This document shows, piece by piece, positions 1 to 12,000 of a DNA stretch of 62,397 nt (position 1 is its first letter; each line of letters opens with the position of its first letter). A program made the position numbers and the translations under genes. The stretch comes from Azolla caroliniana (Eukaryota; Plantae; Polypodiophyta). The stretch is taken from contig JBHGNT010000165.1 of assembly GCA_043228905.1 (NCBI GenBank), positions 1 to 62,397 on the forward strand. The letters run 5' to 3'. A model generated the notes under the pieces. It searched no databases. It was not told the DNA's origin and saw nothing but the letters and a program-made list of their open reading frames with translations.

Positions 1-229
1 AATCGAAGCTAACAACGCTAGCTATGATATGGAATTAAAAAATCAAGATTTTGAAACTCAGGTCGCGAGACATGACGAAATTACCAAATTTGAGGAGTGA
101 GTTGAGAGAAGCCCTTGCGTAAATTAAAATGTTCATACCTGGCTCGTGTGATATCAGATTTTTGTGTTCAAACATGCGAATCGAAGCTAACAACGCTAGC
201 TATGATATGGATTGAAAAAATCAAGATTT
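1..229 (-). repeat. 178-bp satellite in inverted orientation (about 1.3 monomers; truncated by the window start)
   Basis: The reverse complement of 1-209 reads catatcatagctagcgttgttagcttcgattcgc..., i.e. the array monomer. Positions 210-229 (gattgaaaaaatcaagattt) continue into the preceding monomer's 'aaatcttgattttttcaatc' end. Confidence 0.97.
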
Positions 230-230
230 C
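210..230. other. Strand-switch (inversion) junction in the satellite; 20-nt spacer between inverted arms 1-209 and 230-438
   Basis: ...gctagctatgatatg (to 209) | gattgaaaaaatcaagattt (210-229) | catatcatagctagc... (from 230). Confidence 0.93.
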
Positions 231-2897
231 ATATCATAGCTAGCGTTGTTAGCTTCGATTCGCATGTTTGAACACAAAAATCTGATATCACACGAGCCAG
301 GTATGAACATTTTAATTTACTCAAGGGCTTCTCTCAACTCACTCCTCAAATTTGGTAATTTCGTCATGTCTCGCGACCTGAGTTTCAAAATCTTGATTTT
401 TTAACTCCATATCATAGCTAGCATTGTTAGCTTCGATTCGCATGTTTGAACACAAAAATCCGATATCACACGAGCCAGGTATGAACATTTTAATTTACTC
501 AAGGGCTTCTCTCAACTCACTCCTCAAATTTGGTAATCTCATCATGTCTCTCGACCTGAGTTTCAAAATCTTGATTTTTTCAATCCATATCATAGCTAGC
601 GTTGTTAGCTTCGATTCGCATGTTTGAACACAAAAATCTGATATCACACGAGCCAGTATGAACATTTTAATTTACGCAAGGGCTTCTCTCAACTCACTCC
701 TCAAATTTGGTAATTTCGTCATGTCTCGCGACCTGAGTTTCAAAATCTTGATTTTTTAATTCCATATCATAGCTAGCGTTGTTAGCTTCGATTCACATGT
801 TTGAACACAAAAATCCGATCTCACACGAGCCAGTATGAACATTTTAATTTACTCAAGGGCTTCTCTCAACTCACTCCTCAAATTTGGTAATCTCATCATG
901 TCTCTCGACCTGAGTTTCAAAATCTTGATTTTTTCAATCCATATCATAGCTAGCGTTGTTAGCTTCGATTCGCATGTTTGAACACAAAAATCTGATATCA
1001 CACGAGCCAGGTATGAACATTTTAATTTACTCAAGGGCTTCTCTCAACTCACTCCTCAAATTTGGTAATTTCGTCATGTCTCGCGACCTGAGTTTCAAAA
1101 TCTTGATTTTTTAACTCCATATCATAGCTAGCATTGTTAGCTTCGATTCGCATGTTTGAACACAAAAATCCGATATCACACGAGCCAGGTATGAACATTT
1201 TAATTTACTCAAGGGCTTCTCTCAACTCACTCCTCAAATTTGGTAATTTCGTCATGTCTCTCGACCTGAGTTTCAAAATCTTGATTTTTTAATTCCATAT
1301 CATAGCTAGCGTTGTTAGCTTCGATTCGCATGTTTGAACACAAAAATCCGATATCACACGAGCCAGGTATGAACATTTTAATTTACTCAAGGGCTTCTCT
1401 CAACTCACTCCTCAAATTTGGTAATCTCATCATGTCTCTCGACCTGAGTTTCAAAATCTTGATTTTTTCAATCCATATCATAGCTAGCGTTGTTAGCTTC
1501 GATTCGCATGTTTGAACACAAAAATCTGATATCACACGAGCCAGGTATGAACATTTTAATTTACTCAAGGGCTTCTCTCAACTCACTCCTCAAATTTGGT
1601 AATTTCGTCATGTCTCGCGACCTGAGTTTCAAAATCTTGATTTTCTAATTCCATATCATAGCTAGCGTTGTTAGCTTCGATTCGCATGTTTGAACACAAA
1701 AATCCGATATCACACGAGCCAGGTATGAACATTTTAATTTACTCAAGGGCTTCTCTCAACTCACTCCTCAAATTTGGTAATCTCATCATGTCTCTCGACC
1801 TGAGTTTCAAAATCTTGATTTTTTCAATCCATATCATAGCTAGCGTTGTTAGCTTCGATTCGCATGTTTGAACACAAAAATCTGATATCACACGAGCCAG
1901 GTATGAACATTTTAATTTACTCAAGGGCTTCTCTCAACTCACTCCTCAAATTTGGTAATTTCGTCATGTCTCGCGACCTGAGTTTCAAAATCTTGATTTT
2001 TTAACTCCATATCATAGCTAGCATTGTTAGCTTCGATTCGCATGTTTGAACACAAAAATCTGATATCACACGAGCCAGGTATGAACATTTTAATTTACTC
2101 AAGGGCTTCTCTCAACTCACTCCTCAAATTTGGTAATTTCGTCATGTCTCGCGACCTGAGTTTCAAAATCTTGATTTTTTAACTCCATATCATAGCTAGC
2201 ATTGTTAGCTTCGATTCGCATGTTTGAACACAAAAATCCGATATCACACGAGCCAGGTATGAACATTTTAATTTACTCAAGGGCTTCTCTCAACTCACTC
2301 CTCAAATTTGGTAATCTCATCATGTCTCTCGACCTGAGTTTCAAAATCTTGATTTTTTCAATCCATATCATAGCTAGCGTTGTTAGCTTCCATTCGCATG
2401 TTTGAACACAAAAATCTGATATCACACGAGCCAGGTATGAACATTTTAATTTACGCAAGGGCTTCTCTCAACTCACTCCTCAAATTTGGTAATTTCGTCA
2501 TGTCTCGCGACCTGAGTTTCAAAATCTTGATTTTTTAATTCCATATCATAGCTAGCGTTGTTAGCTTCGATTCACATGTTTGAACACAAAAATCCGATCT
2601 CACACGAGCCAGGTATGAACATTTTAATTTACTCAAGGGCTTCTCTCAACTCACTCCTCAAATTTGGTAATCTCATCATGTCTCTCGACCTGAGTTTCAA
2701 AATCTTGATTTTTTCAATCCATATCATAGCTAGCGTTGTTAGCTTCGATTCGCATGTTTGAACACAAAAATCTGATATCACACGAGCCAGGTATGAACAT
2801 TTTAATTTACTCAAGGGCTTCTCTCAACTCACTCCTCAAATTTGGTAATTTCGTCATGTCTCGCGACCTGAGTTTCAAAATCTTGATTTTTTAACTC

Positions 2898-5800
2898 CAT
2901 ATCATAGCTAGCATTGTTAGCTTTGATTCGCATGTTTGAACACAAAAATCCGATATCACACGAGCCAGGTATGAACATTTTGATTTACCTCATAGCTCTT
3001 CTCAACTCACTCCTCAAATTTGGTAATTTCGTCATGGCTCTCGACCTGAGTTTCAAAATCTTGATTTTTTAATTCCATATCATAGCTAGCGTTGTTAGCT
3101 TCGATTCGCATGTTTGAACACAAAAATCCGATATCACACGAGCTAGGTATGAACATTTTAATTTACTCAAGGGCTTCTCTCAACTCACTCCTCAAATTTG
3201 GTAATCTCATCATGTCTCTCGACCTGAGTTTCAAAATCTTGATTTTCTAATTCCATATCATAGCTAGCGTTGTTAGCTTCGATTCACATGTTTGAACACA
3301 AAAATCCGATATCACACGAGCCAGGTATGAACATTTTAATTTACTGAAGGGCTTCTCTCAACTCACTCCTCAAATTTGGTAATCTCATCATGTCTCTCGA
3401 CATGAGTTTCAAAATCTTGATTTTTTAACTCCATATCATAGCTAGCATTGTTAGCTTTGATTCGCATGTTTGAACACAAAAATCCGATATCACACGAGCC
3501 AGGTATGAACATTTTAATTTACTCAAGGGCTTCTCTCAACTCACTCCTCAAATTTGGTAATTTCGTCATGGCTCTCGACCTGAGTTTCAAAATGTTGATT
3601 TTTTAATTCCATATCATAGCTAGCGTTGTTAGCTTCGTTTCGCATGTTTGAACACAAAAATCCGATATCACACGAGCCAGGTATGAACATTTTAATTTAC
3701 TCAAGGGCTTCTCTCAACTCACTCCTCAAATTTGGTAATCTCATCATGTCTCTCGACCTGAGTTTCAAAATCTTGATTTTTTAATTCCATATCATAGCTA
3801 GCATTGTTAGCTTCGATTCGCATGTTTGAACACAAAAATCCGATCTCACACGAGCCAGGTATGAACATTTTAATTTACTCAAGGGCTTCTCTCAACTCAC
3901 TCCTCAAATTTGGTAATCTCATCATGTCTCTCGACCTGAGTTTCAAAATCTTGATTTTTTCAATCCATATCATAGCTAGCGTTGTTAGCTTCGATTCGCA
4001 TGTTTGAACACAAAAATCTGATATCACACGAGCCAGGTATGAACATTTTAATTTACGCAAGGGCTTCTCTCAACTCACTCCTCAAATTTGGTAATTTCGT
4101 CATGTCTCGCGACCTGAGTTTCAAAATCTTGATTTTTTAATTCCATATCATAGCTAGCGTTGTTAGCTTCGATTCACATGTTTGAACACAAAAATCCGAT
4201 CTCACACGAGCCAGGTATGAACATTTTAATTTACTCAAGGGCTTCTCTCAACTCACTCCTCAAATTTGGTAATCTCATCATGTCTCTCGACCTGAGTTTC
4301 AAAATCTTGATTTTTTCAATCCATATCATAGCTAGCGTTGTTAGCTTCGATTCGCATGTTTGAACACAAAAATCTGATATCACACGAGCCAGGTATGAAC
4401 ATTTTAATTTACTCAAGGGCTTCTCTCAACTCACTCCTCAAATTTGGTAATTTCGTCATGTCTCGCGACCTGAGTTTCAAAATCTTGATTTTTTAACTCC
4501 ATATCATAGCTAGCATTGTTAGCTTTGATTCGCATGTTTGAACACAAAAATCCGATATCACACGAGCCAGGTATGAACATTTTGATTTACCTCATAGCTC
4601 TTCTCAACTCACTCCTCAAATTTGGTAATTTCGTCATGTCTCGCGACCTGAGTTTCAAAATCTTGATTTTTTAATTCCATATCATAGCTAGCGTTGTTAG
4701 CTTCGATTCACATGTTTGAACACAAAAATCCGATCTCACACGAGCCAGGTATGAACATTTTAATTTACTCAAGGGCTTCTCTCAACTCACTCCTCAAATT
4801 TGGTAATCTCATCATGTCTCTCGACCTGAGTTTCAAAATCTTGATTTTTTCAATCCATATCATAGCTAGCGTTGTTAGCTTCGATTCGCATGTTTGAACA
4901 CAAAAATCTGATATCACACGAGCCAGGTATGAACATTTTAATTTACTCAAGGGCTTCTCTCAACTCACTCCTCAAATTTGGTAATTTCGTCATGTCTCGC
5001 GACCTGAGTTTCAAAATCTTGATTTTTTAACTCCATATCATAGCTAGCGTTGTTAGCTTCGATTCGCATGTTTGAACACAAAAATCTGATATCACACGAG
5101 CCAGGTATGAACATTTTAATTTACTCAAGGGCTTCTCTCAACTCACTCCTCAAATTTGGTAATTTCGTCATGTCTCGCGACCTGAGTTTCAAAATCTTGA
5201 TTTTTTAACTCCATATCATAGCTAGCATTGTTAGCTTTGATTCGCATGTTTGAACACAAAAATCCGATATCACACGAGCCAGGTATGAACATTTTGATTT
5301 ACCTCATAGCTCTTCTCAACTCACTCCTCAAATTTGGTAATTTCGTCATGGCTCTCGACCTGAGTTTCAAAATCTTGATTTTTTAATTCCATATCATAGC
5401 TAGCGTTGTTAGCTTCGATTCGCATGTTTGAACACAAAAATCCGATATCACACGAGCTAGGTATGAACATTTTAATTTACTCAAGGGCTTCTCTCAACTC
5501 ACTCCTCAAATTTGGTAATCTCATCATGTCTCTCGACCTGAGTTTCAAAATCTTGATTTTCTAATTCCATATCATAGCTAGCGTTGTTAGCTTCGATTCA
5601 CATGTTTGAACACAAAAATCCGATATCACACGAGCCAGGTATGAACATTTTAATTTACTGAAGGGCTTCTCTCAACTCACTCCTCAAATTTGGTAATCTC
5701 ATCATGTCTCTCGACATGAGTTTCAAAATCTTGATTTTTTAACTCCATATCATAGCTAGCATTGTTAGCTTGGATTCGCATGTTTGAACACAAAAATCCG

Positions 5801-7700
5801 ATATCACACGAGCCAGGTATGAACATTTTAATTTACTCAAGGGCTTCTCTCAACTCACTCCTCAAATTTGGTAATTTCGTCATGGCTCTCGACCTGAGTT
5901 TCAAAATGTTGATTTTTTAATTCCATATCATAGCTAGCGTTGTTAGCTTCGTTTCGCATGTTTGAACACAAAAATCCGATATCACACGAGCCAGGTATGA
6001 ACATTTTAATTTACTCAAGGGCTTCTCTCAACTCACTCCTCAAATTTGGTAATCTGATCATGTCTCTCGACCTGAGTTTCAAAATCTTGATTTTTTAATT
6101 CCATATCATAGCTAGCATTGTTAGCTTCGATTCGCATGTTTGAACACAAAAATCCGATCTCACACGAGCCAGGTATGAACATTTTAATTTACTCAAGGGC
6201 TTCTCTCAACTCACTCCTCAAATTTGGTAATCTCATCATGTCTCTCGACCTGAGTTTCAAAATCTTGATTTTTTCAATCCATATCATAGCTAGCGTTGTT
6301 AGCTTCGATTCGCATGTTTGAACACAAAAATCAGATATCACACGAGCCAGGTATGAACATTTTAATTTACGCAAGGGCTTCTCTCAACTCACTCCTCAAA
6401 TTTGGTAATTTCGTCATGTCTCGCGACCTGAGTTTCAAAATCTTGATTTTTTAATTCCATATCATAGCTAGCGTTGTTAGCTTCGATTCACATGTTTGAA
6501 CACAAAAATCCGATCTCACACGAGCCAGGTATGAACATTTTAATTTACTCAAGGGCTTCTCTCAACTCACTCCTCAAATTTGGTAATCTCATCATGTCTC
6601 TCGACCTGAGTTTCAAAATCTTGATTTTTTCAATCCATATCATAGCTAGCGTTGTTAGCTTCGATTCGCATGTTTGAACACAAAAATCTGATATCACACG
6701 AGCCAGGTATGAACATTTTAATTTACTCAAGGGCTTCTCTCAACTCACTCCTCAAATTTGGTAATTTCGTCATGTCTCGCGACCTGAGTTTCAAAATCTT
6801 GATTTTTTAACTCCATATCATAGCTAGCATTGTTAGCTTTGATTCGCATGTTTGAACACAAAAATCCGATATCACACGAGCCAGGTATGAACATTTTGAT
6901 TTACCTCATAGCTCTTCTCAACTCACTCCTCAAATTTGGTAATTTCGTCATGGCTCTCGACCTGAGTTTCAAAATCTTGATTTTTTAATTCCATATCATA
7001 GCTAGCGTTGTTAGCTTCGATTCGCATGTTTGAACACAAAAATCCGATATCACACGAGCCAGGTATGAACATTTTAATTTACTCAAGGGCTTCTCTCAAC
7101 TCACTCCTCAAATTTGGTAATCTCATCATGTCTCTCGACCTGAGTTTCAAAATCTTGATTTTCTAATTCCATATCATAGCTAGCGTTGTTAGCTTCGATT
7201 CACATGTTTGAACACAAAAATCCGATATCACACGAGCCAGGTATGAACATTTTAATTTACTGAAGGGCTTCTCTCAACTCACTCCTCAAATTTGGTAATC
7301 TCATCATGTCTCTCGACATGAGTTTCAAAATCTTGATTTTTTAACTCCATATCATAGCTAGCATTGTTAGCTTTGATTCGCATGTTTGAACACAAAAATC
7401 CGATATCACACGAGCCAGGTATGAACATTTTGATTTACCTCATAGCTCTTCTCAACTCACTCCTCAAATTTGGTAATTTCGTCATGGCTCTCGACCTGAG
7501 TTTCAAAATGTTGATTTTTTAATTCCATATCATAGCTAGCGTTGTTAGCTTCGTTTCGCATGTTTGAACACAAAAATCCGATATCACACGAGCCAGGTAT
7601 GAACATTTTAATTTACTCAAGGGCTTCTCTCAACTCACTCCTCAAATTTGGTAATCTCATCATGTCTCTCGACCTGAGTTTCAAAATCTTGATTTTTTAA
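2898..7700 (+). repeat. 9-monomer (1602-bp) higher-order repeat: copies at 2898-4499 and 5212-6813, partial copy from 6814
   Basis: The same order of variants recurs: ctttga+tacctcatagctc, gagctagg, tcacatg+tactgaag+gacatg, aaatgttg, cgtttcg, gatctc+tttcaatcc, tctgat(tcagat)+tacgc, tcacatg+gatctc, tctgat. The copies are offset by 2314 bp (13 monomers) and then 1602 bp. Confidence 0.8.
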
Positions 7701-9063
7701 TTCCATATCATAGCTAGCGTTGTTAGCTTCGATTCGCATGTTTGAACACAAAAATCTGATATCACACGAGCCAGGTATGAACATTTTAATTTACTCAAGG
7801 GCTTCTCTCAACTCACTCCTCAAATTTGGTAATCTCATCATGTCTCTCGACCTGAGTTTCAAAATCTTGATTTTTTTATTCCATATCATAGCTAGCACTG
7901 TTAGCTTCGATTCGCATGTTTGAACACAAAAATCCGATCTCACACGAGCCAGGTATGAACATTTTAATTTACTCAAGGGCTTCTCTCAACTCACTCCTCA
8001 AATTTGGTAATCTCATCATGGCTCTCGACCTGAGTTTCAAAATCTTGATTTTTTAATTCCATATCATAGCTAGCGTTGTTAGCTTCGATTCGCATGTTTG
8101 AACACAAAAATCCGATATCACACGAGCTAGGTATGAACATTTTAATTTACTCAAGGGCTTCTCTCAACTCACTCCTCAAATTTGGTAATCTCATCATGTC
8201 TCTCGACCTGAGTTTCAAAATCTTGATTTTCTAATTCCATATCATAGCTAGCGTTGTTAGCTTCGATTCGCATGTTTGAACACAAAAATCCGATATCACA
8301 CGAGCCAGGTATGAACATTTTAATTTACTGAAGGGCTTCTCTCAACTCACTCCTCAAATTTGGTAATCTCATCATGTCTCTCGACATGAGTTTCAAAATC
8401 TTGATTTTCTAATTCTATATCATAGCTAGTGTTGTTAGCTTCGATTCGCATGTTTGAACACAAAAATCCGATATCACACGAGCCAGGTATGAACATTTTA
8501 ATTTACTCAAGGGCTTCTCTCAACTCACTCCTCAAATTTGGTAATTTCGTCATGTCTCGCGACCTGAGTTTCAAAATCTTGATTTTCTAATTCCATATCA
8601 TAGCTAGTGTTGTTAGCTTCGATTCGCATGTTTGAACACAAAAATCCGATATCACACGAGCCAGGTATGAACATTTTGATTTACCTCATAGCTCTTCTCA
8701 ACTCACTCCTCAAATTTGGTAATTTCGTCATGGCTCTCGACCTGAGTTTCAAAATCTTGATTTTTTAATTCCATATCATAGCTAGCGTTGTTAGCTTCGA
8801 TTCGCATGTTTGAACACAAAAATCCGATATCACACGAGCTAGGTATGAACATTTTAATTTACTCAAGGGCTTCTCTCAACTCACTCCTCAAATTTGGTAA
8901 TCTCATCATGTCTCTCGACCTCAGTTTCAAAATCTTGATTTTCTAATTCCATATCATAGCTAGCGTTGTTAGCTTCGATTCACATGTTTGAACACAAAAA
9001 TCCGATATCACACGAGCCAGGTATGAACATTTTAATTTACTGAAGGGCTTCTCTCAACTCACT

Positions 9064-12000
9064 CCTCAAATTTGGTAATCTCATCATGTCTCTCGACATG
9101 AGTTTCAAAATCTTGATTTTTTAACTCCATATCATAGCTAGCATTGTTAGCTTTGATTCGCATGTTTGAACACAAAAATCCGATATCACACGAGCCAGGT
9201 ATGAACATTTTGATTTACCTCATAGCTCTTCTCAACTCACTCCTCAAATTTGGTAATTTCGTCATGGCTCTCGACCTGAGTTTCAAAATGTTCATTTTTT
9301 AATTCCATATCATAGCTAGCGTTGTTAGCTTCGTTTCGCATGTTTGAACACAAAAATCCGATATCACACGAGCCAGGTATGAACATTTTAATTTACTCAA
9401 GGGCTTCTCTCAACTCACTCCTCAAATTTGGTAATCTCATCATGTCTCTCGACCTGAGTTTCAAAATCTTGATTTTTTAATTCCATATCATAGCTAGCGT
9501 TGTAAGCTTCGTTTCGCATGTTTGAACACAAAAATCCGATATCACACGAGCCAGGTATGAACATTTTAATTTACTCAAGGGCTTCTCTCAACTCACTCCT
9601 CAAATTTGGTAATCTCATCATGTCTCTCGACCTGAGTTTCAAAATCTTGATTTTTTAATTCCATATCATAGCTAGCATTGTTAGCTTCGATTCGCATGTT
9701 TGAACACAAAAATCCGATCTCACACGAGCCAGGTATGAACATTTTAATTTACTCAAGGGCTTCTCTCAACTCACTCCTCAAATTTGGTAATCTCATCATG
9801 TCTCTCGACCTGAGTTTCAAAATCTTGATTTTTTAATTCCATATCATAGCTAGCGTTGTTAGCTTCGATTCGCATGTTTGAACACAAAAATCTGATATCA
9901 CACGAGCCAGGTATGAACATTTTAATTTACTCAAGGGCTTCTCTCAACTCACTCCTCAAATTTGGTAATCTCATCATGTCTCTCGACCTGAGTTTCAAAA
10001 TCTTGATTTTTTTATTCCATATCATAGCTAGCACTGTTAGCTTCGATTCGCATGTTTGAACACAAAAATCCGATCTCACACGAGCCAGGTATGAACATTT
10101 TAATTTACTCAAGGGCTTCTCTCAACTCACTCCTTAAATTTGGTAATCTCATCATGGCTCTCGACCTGAGTTTCAAAATCTTGATTTTTTAATTCCATAT
10201 CATAGCTAGCGTTGTTAGCTTCGATTCGCATGTTTGAACACAAAAATCCGATATCACACGAGCCAGGTATGAACATTTTAATTTACTCAAGGGCTTCTCT
10301 CAACTCACTCCTCAAATTTGGTAATCTCATCATGTCTCTCGACCTGAGTTTCAAAATCTTGATTTTTTAATTCCATATCATAGCTAGCGTTGTTAGCTTC
10401 GATTCGCATGTTTGAACACAAAAATCCGATATCACACGAGCCAGGTATGAACATTTTAATTTAACTCATAGCTCTTCTTAACTCACTCCTCAAATTTGGT
10501 ATTTTCGTCATGTCTCTCGACCTGAGTTTCAAAATCTTGATTTTCTAATTCCATATCATAGCTAGCGTTGTTAGCTTCGATTCGCATGTTTGAACACAAA
10601 AATCCGATATCACACGAGCCACGTATGAACATTTTAATTCTCTCAAGGGCTTCTCTCAACTCACTCCTCAAATTTGGTAATTTCGTCATGTCTCGCGACC
10701 TGAGTTTCAAAATCTTGATTTTCTAATTCCATATCATAGCTAGTGTTGTTAGCTTCGATTCGCATGTTTGAACACAAAAATCCGATATCACACGAGCCAG
10801 GTATGAACATTTTGATTTACCTCATAGCTCTTCTCAACTCACTCCTCAAATTTGGTAATTTCGTCATGGCTCTCGACCTGAGTTTCAAAATCTTGATTTT
10901 TTAATTCCATATCATAGCTAGCGTTGTTAGCTTCGATTCGCATGTTTGAACACAAAAATCCGATATCACACGAGCCAGGTATGAACATTTTAATTTAACT
11001 CATAGCTCTTCTTAACTCACTCCTCAAATTTGGTATTTTCGTCATGTCTCTCGACCTGAGTTTCAAAATCTTGATTTTCTAATTCTATATCATAGCTAGT
11101 GTTGTTAGCTTCGATTCGCATGTTTGAACACAAAAATCCGATATCACACGAGCCAGGTATGAACATTTTAATTTACTCAAGGGCTTCTCTCAACTCACTC
11201 CTCAAATTTGGTAATTTCGTCATGTCTTGCGACCTGAGTTTCAAAATCTTGATTTTCTAATTCCATATCATAGCTAGTGTTGTTAGCTTCGATTCGCATG
11301 TTTGAACACAAAAATCCGATATCACACGAGCCAGGTATGAACATTTTGATTTACCTCATAGCTCTTCTCAACTCACTCCTCAAATTTGGTAATTTCGTCA
11401 TGGCTCTCGACCTGAGTTTCAAAATCTTGATTTTTTAATTCCATATCATAGCTAGCGTTGTTAGCTTCGATTCGCATGTTTGAACACAAAAATCCGATAT
11501 CACACGAGCTAGGTATGAACATTTTAATTTACTCAAGGGCTTCTCTCAACTCACTCCTCAAATTTGGTAATCTCATCATGTCTCTCGACCTCAGTTTCAA
11601 AATCTTGATTTTCTAATTCCATATCATAGCTAGCGTTGTTAGCTTCGATTCACATGTTTGAACACAAAAATCCGATATCACACGAGCCAGGTATGAACAT
11701 TTTAATTTACTGAAGGGCTTCTCTCAACTCACTCCTCAAATTTGGTAATCTCATCATGTCTCTCGACATGAGTTTCAAAATCTTGATTTTTTAACTCCAT
11801 ATCATAGCTAGCATTGTTAGCTTTGATTCGCATGTTTGAACACAAAAATCCGATATCACACGAGCCAGGTATGAACATTTTGATTTACCTCATAGCTCTT
11901 CTCAACTCACTCCTCAAATTTGGTAATTTCGTCATGGCTCTCGACCTGAGTTTCAAAATGTTCATTTTTTAATTCCATATCATAGCTAGCGTTGTTAGCT

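Noticed and set aside
253-270. CENP-B box at cttcgattcgcatgttt
   Set aside because: Only the TTCG core matches. The required A and CGGG of NTTCGNNNNANNCGGGN are absent.
230-407. Identity with Arabidopsis CEN178/CEN180 or primate alpha satellite
   Set aside because: The length is similar, but from recall the sequence shares no hallmark motifs with them. A BLAST search is needed to assign any family.
230-407. Tandem 5S rRNA, tRNA, snRNA or spliced-leader gene array
   Set aside because: I recognise no 5S, tRNA or snRNA sequence or Pol III boxes, and there is no gene-versus-spacer partition. An Infernal/Rfam scan would settle it.
1-438. MITE or transposon terminal inverted repeats
   Set aside because: The arms are ordinary satellite monomers continuous with the array, with no target-site duplication or internal element sequence.
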